Origin: Promethearchaeota archaeon
GTDB lineage: Archaea > Asgardarchaeota > Lokiarchaeia > Sigyniarchaeales > SOKP01
Direction: 5' to 3'
Length of the DNA: 41,907 nt
Assembly: GCA_011364975.1 (NCBI GenBank)
Contig: RDOE01000022.1
Span: 1 to 41,907, forward strand
Positions 1-9,184 of the stretch are shown piece by piece. Position 1 is the stretch's first letter, and every line of letters starts with the position of its first letter. Below the pieces are notes generated by a model, which was not told where the DNA came from, did not search any database, and saw nothing but the letters and a program-made list of their open reading frames with translations. The translations under genes and the position numbers were made by a program.

Positions 1-1
1 T

Positions 2-379
2 TTAGATTTTGATGCATCTGCACTTCCCAAAGCGATGAAAATGCGAAGTGAATTCTATCAAAAGATCTATGATGGATTCAAAAATTATGATATCCTTATT
101 ACACCCACAACAGCAGTCCCTGCCTTCGAATTAGGAATTCCAGCACCTTCTACGATAGAAGGAAAAGGAGTTCCCCCAATCGGGTGGCAACCATTCACCT
201 TTCCTTTTAATTTCACAGGAAATCCCGCTGCATCTATTCCATGTGGTTGGTCTTCAGAAGGTACACCAATAGGAATGCAAATTATAGGAAAGAGATTTCA
301 AGAGTCGTTGGTTCTTCAAGTATCTAAAGCATTTGAAGATATTGCACCTTGGCAAGACAAAAAACCAGCTTATAGTTAA
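2..379 (+). CDS. Amidase-signature family protein (GatA-like amidase), 3' part only
   Basis: The frame is open from base 2. It carries typical amidase C-terminal motifs DILITPTTAVPAF, FTFPFNFTGNPAASIPCG and PIGMQIIGKRF. Confidence 0.9.
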   Translation, partial: LDFDASALPKAMKMRSEFYQKIYDGFKNYDILITPTTAVPAFELGIPAPSTIEGKGVPPIGWQPFTFPFNFTGNPAASIPCGWSSEGTPIGMQIIGKRFQESLVLQVSKAFEDIAPWQDKKPAYS

Positions 380-481
380 AATTAAACTGAATATAATTTT
401 TAAAATAACCATAAAAAAAATTTTTAATTCACGATTCAATCTGATTCATTATATTAACATTTTAAGTTCAATTAGAGCAAA

Positions 482-1330
482 ATGAACAAGAAAATATTAA
501 GAAAGGAGATCGAATCATTTGAAACTACCCAAATTAAAGAAAATTATCAAAATCTTAATTTTACAATCATTTTAGTGCAACCAGAAACTGCTGGGAATAT
601 TGGAGCCATTGCAAGGGTAATGAAAAATTTCGATTTTGATAAGTTATTAATCTTTAATCCAAAAGAAACAATAGAAAATATTCTTAGTTATGAAGCCGAT
701 GGATTTGCCATGCATGGTAAAGAAATATTGAGAAATTCAGAAATAATTACATTAAGTGATCAAACAACACATTCAACTCAATTTAGCAAATTAATGAAAC
801 GATTTGACCTCGTTATCGCATCAACGGCAAAAGGTACTCATTATCGGAATTTGCGGCGATTGTCAATTTTTCCTGAAAACTTAAACTTACCTAAATCTAT
901 AGCACCACTAGAAGTTGCATTGATATTTGGTAAAGAATCGAGAGGTTTAACTAATGAAGAAATTGAACTAGCTGACATTTTAATAAGAATCCCTACTTCT
1001 GATAAATATCCTACGTTGAACTTATCTCATGCTTGTAACATTATCCTTTACGAAATATTTAAAAAAATTAATAATATTTCTCTTGGTCGTGGTAAAAATC
1101 CAGTCATATTAGCTGGTAAGGAAGATAGAAAAATATTATATAATATCATTCAAAATTTGATTGAAAAATTAAAAATTCGTACTCACAAAAAAGAAAATGT
1201 ATTATACGCATTCAAGAATGTATTTGAACGCAGCTTAATCTCTAAAAAGGAATTAAGTCTTATTTTAGGAGTCTTTTCTAAAGTAGAATCTATTCTAAGA
1301 AATAAAAAATTATATGAGAAAAAAAAATAG
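482..1330 (+). CDS. trmJ: SPOUT RNA methyltransferase, TrmJ/TrmH family
   Basis: IILVQPETAGNIGAIARVMKNF, ALIFGKESRGLTNEE and YPTLNLSHAC are TrmJ/LasT SPOUT motifs, followed by a C-terminal helical extension. Confidence 0.85.
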   Translation: MNKKILRKEIESFETTQIKENYQNLNFTIILVQPETAGNIGAIARVMKNFDFDKLLIFNPKETIENILSYEADGFAMHGKEILRNSEIITLSDQTTHSTQFSKLMKRFDLVIASTAKGTHYRNLRRLSIFPENLNLPKSIAPLEVALIFGKESRGLTNEEIELADILIRIPTSDKYPTLNLSHACNIILYEIFKKINNISLGRGKNPVILAGKEDRKILYNIIQNLIEKLKIRTHKKENVLYAFKNVFERSLISKKELSLILGVFSKVESILRNKKLYEKKK

Positions 1331-1331
1331 G

Positions 1332-1553
1332 TTAGGCAGCCCTATATTTTCTAGGCTTTCTATTATATACTACAATTAAATCTTGGGGATATTCTTCAAT
1401 AATCCTCTTAATTACTTTTGCAAGCGCATTGTGCGTTTCATAACCCATAGCTCTTGCCCATTGACTAGCAGTCGCTATTCCAAGTTCCCTTAATTTTTCT
1501 AAGCAAATTTGTTCATATGTACGAGGCACTTCTTTTTTTAACTTTAAAAACAA
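1332..1553 (-). CDS. Small basic winged-helix protein (TrmB-N-like), copy 1
   Basis: LRELGIATASQWARAMG...KPRKYRA matches the TrmB N-terminal wHTH pattern. It is 61/73 identical to 1774..1995, and there is an SD-like GGTGAG upstream. Confidence 0.75.
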   Translation of the reverse strand: MFLKLKKEVPRTYEQICLEKLRELGIATASQWARAMGYETHNALAKVIKRIIEEYPQDLIVVYNRKPRKYRAA

Positions 1554-1617
1554 CTTTTTCGCTCACCAATCAATTTTTTTTTACTTTTTCTTTATTGATG
1601 AAAAATAATCTTTTGGC

Positions 1618-1669
1618 TTTATAAAGAATGATGTCGATGAATAGTGTACGAATACTGACCAATTGTATT
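1618..1669 (-). promoter_or_regulatory. Promoter/operator block of wHTH copy 1
   Basis: Read on the + strand: TTTATAAAG, ATGATGT, a 9-nt spacer, GTGTACGAATAC, then an AATAC-N9-GTATT inverted repeat. The same blocks with the same spacing occur at 2114-2165. Confidence 0.65.
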
Positions 1670-1773
1670 AGTTTTTAAATTATTTTTACTCTAAATAATT
1701 TTTAAATTTGTTAGTAGCTAACGTCCTATAAATTTCCACCTATAAAAAAGAGATATATAATATAGAGCAATTT

Positions 1774-1995
1774 TTAAGCTGCTTTATATTTTCGGGGTTT
1801 CTTATTATATACAATTATTAACTGACTTGGATATTCTTCTTTAATCCTCTTTATTACCTTTGCAAGAGCATTATGTGTTTCATACCCCATAGCTCTTGCC
1901 CATTCACTCGCAGTCGCTATTCCTAGTTCCTTTAACTTTTCTAAGCAAATTTGTTCATATGTACGAGGGTTTTCTTTTTTGAGTAATCTCAACAT
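1774..1995 (-). CDS. Small basic winged-helix protein (TrmB-N-like), copy 2
   Basis: Tandem paralog of 1332..1553 with 12 substitutions; SD-like GAGGT upstream. Confidence 0.75.
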   Translation of the reverse strand: MLRLLKKENPRTYEQICLEKLKELGIATASEWARAMGYETHNALAKVIKRIKEEYPSQLIIVYNKKPRKYKAA

Positions 1996-2113
1996 TTTTA
2001 TTTACCTTTCTTTGGATTCAGTTTAGCGACTTTTAGATAGTTTTACTAAAAATTCGAACCTAAATTGATACAATTCTAATTTTATTATCTAAATAAAAGT
2101 CTAGAACCGTGCC

Positions 2114-2165
2114 TATTTAAAGCATGATGTGGCTAACCCGTGTACGAATACATAAAGTATGTAAT
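2114..2165 (-). promoter_or_regulatory. Promoter/operator block of wHTH copy 2
   Basis: TATTTAAAG-CATGATGT-N9-GTGTACGAATAC-N9-GTAAT, collinear with 1618-1669 while the flanking DNA has diverged. Confidence 0.65.
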
Positions 2166-2467
2166 AAGGGTATTATATTAAAATTTGAAATAAAAAGGTA
2201 TATTATTAAAAATTAAATCATTATTAGATATCTCCTTCGTGGTATTGAGAAAGAAACGGAATCAAAACTAAACCTAATTTCATGTATTTAATATCATGTT
2301 GGAATTTAAAAAGACTTTATTCAGTTCAGGATAATATTTAATGATTTATGTTAATATGAAGTGAAATTTTGAGAGCAAATGTCTTTGTTAAGATTAAAGA
2401 AGTCCTATAAATTATATGATCAAATAGCTTAATATTTTATTACGACTTTATGGATTGATGAGTAAAT

Positions 2468-5086
2468 TTGAAGCCTAAAAGAAGAAGATCGCTAAATGGT
2501 GTTTGGGATTTACATAATGAAAATGGTATAACAAAGATTCCAATAAATATTCCTGGAACTGTGTTTGAAGCCTTATTAAGTAATGATCTCATATCCGATC
2601 CTTTTTACGGAAATAATGAACATAATGTTAGCCACGTTTACAATGAAAATTGGATATTTGAAAAAAAATTTGATGTTGATGAAGAATTGTTATTCTACTC
2701 TAATATTATTCTTCAATTAGATGGAATAGATACAATATCTCAGGTTGAATTGAATGATAAAATCCTTGGAACAACAGAAAATATGTTTTTACAATATGAA
2801 TTTAATGTTAAGGAAGTACTTAAAGCGAAAAATAATAATTTAAAGATTTCTTTTAGGAGCCCCATATTTGTAGCATCACAATATGTTAACAATTTTAACA
2901 TAAATTTGAAAAATTTTGAAGGTGTTTCAGGGGTACCGTATTTACGAAAGGCTCAATACTCATTTGGATGGGATTGGGGCCCTTGTTTGCCTGATATTGG
3001 TATTTGGAAATCAGTAAGTTTAATCTTTTTTGAAGATATTAGAATAGATTCTTATTATATTGATTTAAAGTTTAATTATAATAACGATCCTTCTAAAATT
3101 ACTGATACAAAAAATTTAACCTCCCTAATGGTTAATTCTGTGAAAATAGATATTCAAATAAATCTAAGAACGTCTTCAAATAGAAATTTAAAAGAAAATA
3201 TTTATTTAAAATGTAATTTAACGGCTCCAGATAAAATTTCGCATGAAAAAACGATTATTATTCAAGATCAATTTCCTTCAATAGAATTCCAAATAGATTT
3301 TCCTTACCTATGGTGGACTCACGATCTTGGAATTCCAAACTTATATGATTTAGAGATTTCTATAGAACAAAATGGAAGAATCATTGATTCCAAAAAAGAA
3401 AAAGTTGGATTACGAGATATAAAACTCATTAGAAAACCCGATAAATGGGGAGAAACATTTTACTTTCAATTGAATGGAACACCTCTATTTGCTAAAGGAG
3501 CCAATTGGATTCCAATTGACAGCTTCATCCCTCGTGGTAGAAACAAAGGATTAATTGAATTGAACATCGAAAACGCACTTCAGGCCAACATGAATATGAT
3601 AAGAGTCTGGGGGGGCGGTGTTTATGAAGATGATCTATTCTATAAAACATGTGATGAAAAAGGAATTTTAGTTTGGCAAGATTTTCCTTTTGCTTGTGCA
3701 ATTTACCCCATCCATAAAGAATTTATTGAAAATGTTAAAGAAGAAGCAATATATAACATTAAGAGACTACGAAATCATCCAAGTTTAGCTTTTTGGTGTG
3801 GAAATAATGAAATAGAGCAGTTGTGGAAATTTTTACTTCAGATATCTGGATTAATTAATCCCGATATAATAAAAAATTATGAAGAGGGATATCTGTCACT
3901 TTTTAAAGATATTTTACCCAATCTAACAAAAGAATATGATCCAAGGCATCAATATTGGCCGAGTTCTGCATTAGATAAGTTTGAAGGATCAAAGATTCTC
4001 TCAAGTAATCCAAATAACCCTGAAAGTGGAGATTCCCATTACTGGTATGTATGGCATGGAGGAGCTTCTTTTAAATCTTATAGAAATTTCGACTCCCGAT
4101 TTATGTCAGAATTTGGATTTGAAAGCTTTCCATCCATGAAAACTATTAAAAATTTTTGCCCTACAGAGCAACTTCATTTCGATTCACAGATAATGGAAAA
4201 TCATCAAAAAAACAAAGCTGGTAATAAAAAAATCCATCAATATATGAAAAAAAGATTTGGAATCCCTAAAAAGTTTGAGCAGCAAGTAATTTTGTCTCAA
4301 CTGACACAAGCAGAAGCAATTGAGTATGGAGTGGAACACTGGCGTCGAAATCGAAATGAATACCATTGCATGGGAACGTTATATTGGCAATTAAATGATT
4401 GTTGGCCGGTAGCTAGTTGGTCTTCTTTTGATTATTATGGAAGATGGAAAGCTTTACATTATTATGCTAAGAGATTTTATACTCCTCTCTTTCCAAGTGT
4501 GAGAGAAGAGAATGATAAAGTTGAATATTGGATAACTAATGATTTAAGAACATCAGAAAATTATATTTTGGAGTGGAAAATCTTTAATTCGGCAAATGAA
4601 CTATTAAAAAAAGATTTTTATGAAGGAATAATCTCTCCATGCTCTTCTAAATTGTTGGGTATAGTAAATGTAGAAGATATTAACAATTCTAAAGAGAAAG
4701 CACAGCAAAATATCATATTTTATACCCTTAAAAAGGATAAGTCTGATACTTCTTATTTATATCATGGAATGAAACTCTTTGGCGCCCCTAAAAAAATTCA
4801 GATGCAAGATCCAAAAATTAAATGGGATTTTATACCATCCGAAAGTGGGAATACTGAGAGAGTTATAAAAATCAAAATTGTTTCAGAAAAAATTGCATAT
4901 TATGTTTATATTGACTCCGATGTGTTTGATTTTAAAGCATCCGACAATTTCTTTTCAATGGGACCAGGGGAAAGTAGAGTCATAACTTTATGGAAATTAA
5001 ACCCACTAGATAAATCTCAAATGGACCTGTTAAGTCTAAAGAAGGAACATTTCTATGTTAAATCTTTATTTGACTTGATATCTTAA
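2468..5086 (+). CDS. Beta-mannosidase, glycoside hydrolase family 2
   Basis: RKAQYSFGWDWGP, FAKGANWIP, NMIRVWGGG, WCGNNE (acid/base), RFMSEFGFES (nucleophile) and LYWQLNDCWP. Confidence 0.93.
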   Translation: MKPKRRRSLNGVWDLHNENGITKIPINIPGTVFEALLSNDLISDPFYGNNEHNVSHVYNENWIFEKKFDVDEELLFYSNIILQLDGIDTISQVELNDKILGTTENMFLQYEFNVKEVLKAKNNNLKISFRSPIFVASQYVNNFNINLKNFEGVSGVPYLRKAQYSFGWDWGPCLPDIGIWKSVSLIFFEDIRIDSYYIDLKFNYNNDPSKITDTKNLTSLMVNSVKIDIQINLRTSSNRNLKENIYLKCNLTAPDKISHEKTIIIQDQFPSIEFQIDFPYLWWTHDLGIPNLYDLEISIEQNGRIIDSKKEKVGLRDIKLIRKPDKWGETFYFQLNGTPLFAKGANWIPIDSFIPRGRNKGLIELNIENALQANMNMIRVWGGGVYEDDLFYKTCDEKGILVWQDFPFACAIYPIHKEFIENVKEEAIYNIKRLRNHPSLAFWCGNNEIEQLWKFLLQISGLINPDIIKNYEEGYLSLFKDILPNLTKEYDPRHQYWPSSALDKFEGSKILSSNPNNPESGDSHYWYVWHGGASFKSYRNFDSRFMSEFGFESFPSMKTIKNFCPTEQLHFDSQIMENHQKNKAGNKKIHQYMKKRFGIPKKFEQQVILSQLTQAEAIEYGVEHWRRNRNEYHCMGTLYWQLNDCWPVASWSSFDYYGRWKALHYYAKRFYTPLFPSVREENDKVEYWITNDLRTSENYILEWKIFNSANELLKKDFYEGIISPCSSKLLGIVNVEDINNSKEKAQQNIIFYTLKKDKSDTSYLYHGMKLFGAPKKIQMQDPKIKWDFIPSESGNTERVIKIKIVSEKIAYYVYIDSDVFDFKASDNFFSMGPGESRVITLWKLNPLDKSQMDLLSLKKEHFYVKSLFDLIS

Positions 5087-5202
5087 AATCTACTTTAAGT
5101 AACGATATTTTTAGAAATAATTTTGTTATCTAAAATAAGAAATTTTTGGATTTATACTAAAAAATGCTTAAAAGAAGAGTAGCTAACGGTTAGATCTCTT
5201 AA

Positions 5203-5248
5203 TATACAACAAATATGTATTAGTCATTTATATAGATGCAATCTATAT
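5203..5248 (+). promoter_or_regulatory. Putative promoter/operators of the wHTH gene at 5318
   Basis: TATAC-N9-GTATT (5203-5221), TATA-like TTTATATA (5227-5234) and the overlapping inverted repeat ATATAGAT-GCA-ATCTATAT (5230-5248). Confidence 0.45.
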
Positions 5249-5317
5249 TCATCAAATAGCCAAGGCTTTTATTTATCAAAAAATATATATGGCAAATTAT
5301 AGTATTTTAAATTAACC

Positions 5318-5782
5318 ATGTCAATAACGTATGAAGAATTTTTAAAAAAGTATCTGATCGATGATTTTAAAACAAATCTAAAGCTCACTGGCCGTAATAA
5401 AATTGACTTCTATAACGATATTGATAAATTACTAGGAATAATATGCAGAATCTTTGATAAGCTTACAAGTATTGCACCAATGAGAGGCGGGCAAGTATTA
5501 ATGGCCTTAGCAAAGCTATCGAAGCCAGGAGTTGTTATAAATAAGACAGATATTAAAAATAATTTGGATATTGATAGACTGGAAAAATTATATTATGCGT
5601 TCGATTATTTAGAAGAACATAATTATATTAAGATTGAGAAAAAAACAGAAAAATTCCACATCATTAGGTTAAATGAGGAAGAGATTCCTGATCTCAAAAT
5701 ATTTCGCGAGATCGTTCAAAAATATTGGACATCCCCAGAAGAAGAAAAAGAAAAGGCAAAGCGATGGAGCGGAGAAAAGTGA
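5318..5782 (+). CDS. Putative winged-helix DNA-binding protein
   Basis: GQVLMALAKL...INKTDIKNNLDI..LEKLYYAFDYLEEHNYIKIEK..KFHIIRL follows an HTH plus beta-wing pattern. Confidence 0.6.
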   Translation: MSITYEEFLKKYLIDDFKTNLKLTGRNKIDFYNDIDKLLGIICRIFDKLTSIAPMRGGQVLMALAKLSKPGVVINKTDIKNNLDIDRLEKLYYAFDYLEEHNYIKIEKKTEKFHIIRLNEEEIPDLKIFREIVQKYWTSPEEEKEKAKRWSGEK

Positions 5783-6768
5783 TAAATAGCACAAAAAAAT
5801 ATTCTGAACTCAGTTTCGAAGACGAGGAGAGTATGATCACCTCGGTAAAGATCATTAGATCAGAATATTTTAAGAAAGCTATTAAATCAGGGATTTGCAT
5901 AACTGCAATTTTAGCGGTTGCGATTAGTTATTTATTTTATGGATTTTTACCCAATATAGCAAATGATTCCATAGTCGTAGTATCGCCTAAGGGAGTATTT
6001 TCACTCGACTTAACGTTAAACTGGGCATTATTTAGTACGTCTATTTTTTTGGTGATTTATTTAATAAAAATAACTTATATGAAATTTACTCCCTCTCTTA
6101 TATCCTATATCAAGAATGAAACGAATTATATTGGGTTTGAATTTAGAAAGAAATTTGAGAGTATTTTCTTGTTTTTTATACTTAACATAATTTCAATAGC
6201 ATTATTGTTTTATTTAGATCTTAATAGGGTTCAATTTGACAATACGCCAATGTCTCAACTAATGCAAACCATTATATGGATTTATTTATTCATTAGTTTA
6301 ATCCTACCTATCGTATGGATTTTCATTAATGATAGATTTATAATTAAAATTAAAGATAATTTTTACATACTCTGTGATTTGCGGTACAACATCAGAAAAA
6401 GAAAAAGTCATGATCCTAATTTACTCGGAATTTTACTTACCTCTAATAAATTATGTTCTAAGTTTAGTAAATCTGGAAAGGATATGCATGATGAAATCTC
6501 TCAATATCGATGGTTACGACGTAATGATACTTCAGTTATCTCACCATATCTTCATTTTCAAGAGTTTTCAATTCCTTTTAATTTCCAAAAGCAATTTCTT
6601 AATATTGTAATGGCTTTAAGTGACTGGCAAAATAAGTACGATCATAATTTAGACACTTTAAATTACTACTTTTCTACATCTTTTCCCTATCATAAATACA
6701 AAATTAAAAAGTATCAAAAAGATAATAGAGAAGATCAACTTCTCTTCTTTAAGTTCTCAAGATTCTAA
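5725..6768 (+). CDS. Hypothetical 4-TM membrane protein (true start probably near 5764-5779)
   Basis: Four hydrophobic segments and a soluble C-terminus. It overlaps the upstream wHTH gene and is followed by a T-rich tract. Confidence 0.65.
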   Translation: MDIPRRRKRKGKAMERRKVINSTKKYSELSFEDEESMITSVKIIRSEYFKKAIKSGICITAILAVAISYLFYGFLPNIANDSIVVVSPKGVFSLDLTLNWALFSTSIFLVIYLIKITYMKFTPSLISYIKNETNYIGFEFRKKFESIFLFFILNIISIALLFYLDLNRVQFDNTPMSQLMQTIIWIYLFISLILPIVWIFINDRFIIKIKDNFYILCDLRYNIRKRKSHDPNLLGILLTSNKLCSKFSKSGKDMHDEISQYRWLRRNDTSVISPYLHFQEFSIPFNFQKQFLNIVMALSDWQNKYDHNLDTLNYYFSTSFPYHKYKIKKYQKDNREDQLLFFKFSRF

Positions 6769-6774
6769 AATAGC

Positions 6775-6793
6775 TTTTTCTTTTTCTTTCTTT
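6775..6793 (+). terminator. T-rich archaeal terminator
   Basis: Pyrimidine tract TTTTTCTTTTTCTTTCTTT immediately after the stop codon, between convergent genes. Confidence 0.4.
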
Positions 6794-6889
6794 AACTTAA
6801 TCTTGTATAATATTGATTTTTAAGTATTCTTCGAATCATAAAAGATGACTTATTAATAATTGAAGATAAAAAAAGTAAGAAAAGTAGAA

Positions 6890-7540
6890 TTATATAAAGA
6901 ATTTCTGCTGAAGCATAACATATTCGTTATAATCTACGAATTGTGTTTCTACCAACTCAAAAACAATCTCAAATAATTGTCTAAGTAGTTCTTCAGGAAA
7001 GGCTTTATGTTCAAAAATAATATCACAGACTAATTCTTCGGTTAATATTTGGGAGTTAATTGGTTGATGATATATTAAAAATTTCATCATTTCCTCATCT
7101 ACTCTGGTCTTTACTATATTCTTGATTAATTTTAAACTTAAATCTCGCTTAGGATCTATAAAATATGGAAAATTCATATCATCGAGGATTTTAATATAAC
7201 CTATGGTGTTTTCTATTTTATCTACCGTATATTCCAATGATGAAATTTCACATTTAAATTTATGACAAAATTCCTTCTTTGTTTCATGAGCAGGAAAGGC
7301 AAATGGATGGCGAGTTACAATATAATAGGCTGCAATAAAGAACTTATAAAGGTTGTGAGGGATTTTAGATTGTATCTTTAAATATCTATAAACCAAAGAC
7401 ACTGCATCTAGTAAAAATTCATTATTGATCTTGAATTGTTCTAGAAATTCTTTCCCATCTTTTATTAAATTAACTGTTATGCGTTCCTTAGTGTTCAATA
7501 CTTCATAATTAGGGGTATATAGCTCTAACATTTTACACAC
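6890..7540 (-). CDS. Hypothetical protein with a cyclin-box/TFIIB-repeat-like segment
   Basis: AVSLVYRYL...FFIAAYYIVTRHP...ETKKEFCHKFKCEISSLEYTVDKI resembles the TFIIB/cyclin repeat pattern AAxLYIxxR..P.T.KE. No Zn ribbon is present. Confidence 0.55.
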   Translation of the reverse strand: MCKMLELYTPNYEVLNTKERITVNLIKDGKEFLEQFKINNEFLLDAVSLVYRYLKIQSKIPHNLYKFFIAAYYIVTRHPFAFPAHETKKEFCHKFKCEISSLEYTVDKIENTIGYIKILDDMNFPYFIDPKRDLSLKLIKNIVKTRVDEEMMKFLIYHQPINSQILTEELVCDIIFEHKAFPEELLRQLFEIVFELVETQFVDYNEYVMLQQKFFI

Positions 7541-7621
7541 ACGCTTTTTCTATTTATGAATTTTATGAATTAATGAAGTGATATACAGATACTATTATTA
7601 TAATATCAATATAACATAAGT

Positions 7622-7683
7622 TATATTTAAATGTTGCAGTGCTACATCTTCGCATATGATGTGCATCACATAGATTTAAATAT
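7622..7683. promoter_or_regulatory. Symmetric divergent promoter with central inverted repeat
   Basis: Outward-facing TATA boxes TATTTAAA (7624-7631) and TTTAAATA (7675-7682) flank ACATC-N9-GATGT (7644-7662). Confidence 0.6.
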
Positions 7684-7739
7684 GAAAAATTCTGTTAATC
7701 ATGTAGCAATTAATTTTTGTCGTCACATAATTAATAACA

Positions 7740-8186
7740 ATGCCTCCCAAAACCAAGGAAGAAATAGAAAAAGAACGGAAAAAGCCGAAATTGCCTAGAA
7801 TAACAGTAAGTCTAGATGATTTTGATGAGCTAATAATTAGCAAATTAGTTGGATTTGAGGGGCAAACTAAATCTGAAGTTATTAGAAGTATTATTAAAAA
7901 ATGGATAGGCACGAATTCTGAAACTATTCAAAGGATTTATGGAATCAGATTTGAAGACGTAAGACGGGAAATACAGCTATTACAGGATGAAGAACAGCTT
8001 CAAGAAAAAATAGAAAAATTACCACAATTCTTTAAAAGAATCAATAAAATTGAAATAGATAGACTTTCAAGCCAATTAGATCTCAACTCTCAAACTTTAG
8101 TCAATCTTATTCTTGAAAATGGGGATCAGTTAGAGAAAAAGGGACTTAATTTAGTTATTGATGGAGAATTCATAATAAAAGAGTGA
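7740..8186 (+). CDS. Ribbon-helix-helix (CopG/Arc-like) regulator with C-terminal HTH-like region
   Basis: PRITVSLDD...SKLVGFEGQTKSEVIRSIIKKWI is a classic RHH pattern; the C-terminus reads IEIDRLSSQLDL...DGEFIIK. Confidence 0.75.
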   Translation: MPPKTKEEIEKERKKPKLPRITVSLDDFDELIISKLVGFEGQTKSEVIRSIIKKWIGTNSETIQRIYGIRFEDVRREIQLLQDEEQLQEKIEKLPQFFKRINKIEIDRLSSQLDLNSQTLVNLILENGDQLEKKGLNLVIDGEFIIKE

Positions 8187-8193
8187 AATTGAA

Positions 8194-8373
8194 ATGATTA
8201 AAAATCGAATGGGATCTAAACCTAAAAGTAGCTTAAAATTTCCAGATTCTGATATTTATTGTGGCAATGAACGAATAAAATTCTATAATCGTCATCCAAT
8301 TTATAAATCCTTAATGAAACTTGAATTCGAGCAGGCAATGCGTGAATATATGAAAATTATGAACTCGAAATAA
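8194..8373 (+). CDS. 59-aa micro-protein of the DIYxG family (not in the ORF track)
   Basis: Translated by hand: MIKNRMGSKPKSSLKFPDSDIYCGNERIKFYNRHPIYKSLMKLEFEQAMREYMKIMNSK. It shares a motif with 8392..8598 and 13195..13395 and fills the operon gap. Confidence 0.7.
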   Translation: MIKNRMGSKPKSSLKFPDSDIYCGNERIKFYNRHPIYKSLMKLEFEQAMREYMKIMNSK

Positions 8374-8391
8374 CATAATTCTATTTCAACT

Positions 8392-8598
8392 ATGACCGAA
8401 TCAGAATTAGATAAACTTTATAGGAAAATTTTTGAACGATTGGAAGAACTTGAGTTCGATATTTCCGATGCTGTCATCCATTTCGATGAAATCTTTCCTA
8501 AAGCTTCTTCTAATGACATATACTCTGGGACAGAAGAGATACCCTTTAAGTACCGGGAGAAAGAGTATAAATTAATTCTAAAAAAGGAATTTCTTTAG
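8392..8598 (+). CDS. 68-aa micro-protein of the DIYxG family
   Basis: DIYSGTEEIPFKYREKEYKLILKKEFL motif, shared with two paralogs in the window. Confidence 0.75.
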   Translation: MTESELDKLYRKIFERLEELEFDISDAVIHFDEIFPKASSNDIYSGTEEIPFKYREKEYKLILKKEFL

Positions 8599-8812
8599 GT
8601 TTATTAAAAGTTTAATCTAATATGACATCTTGGGCAATAGTTTAATTAGGCTTTACTCTTATATCCACATCGGGAGTATTTTACGATGTTTTTAAGCTCA
8701 AATCTCTGTTTTAACACTAATGTAAGGTATAGTAAGTCCAAAAATATTTTAAGGTACTCTTTTTACCTATAGAGTATAAATCAAAAATTAAACTAAATCT
8801 TGAGGTAATCAT

Positions 8813-9175
8813 ATGAGTGAAGAAGAAAATGCAGAATCAAGTTTAGATCCAAAAGAATTAGAAATATTTTATGAAGTTCTTTTTAAAAGGATTATGGACA
8901 TAATCAAACGACCCGATGTTGATCTTGATCCTTTTGGAGGGATGATAAAGATATTAGTAAGATTAAGCGAGATATTCAGCTTTAGAAGCATGATATCGTT
9001 AATTCCAGAATTAGTTGCTTTTGCCATGAAATATGGTATGCTTGTAGAAAAATCTTATGAAGAGGAGGTTATTGATCTAGAGGAAGATATTCAGGGATTT
9101 GACTCAGAAGAAGGTCAACAAAAAAGAGTGGATGTTATGAGGAAAGATTTAGATAAATTAAATCTCTATTTATAA
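8813..9175 (+). CDS. Acidic helical hypothetical protein
   Basis: 120-aa ORF with GAGGT SD upstream; no family recognised. Confidence 0.65.
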   Translation: MSEEENAESSLDPKELEIFYEVLFKRIMDIIKRPDVDLDPFGGMIKILVRLSEIFSFRSMISLIPELVAFAMKYGMLVEKSYEEEVIDLEEDIQGFDSEEGQQKRVDVMRKDLDKLNLYL

Positions 9176-9184
9176 GGTTTATTT

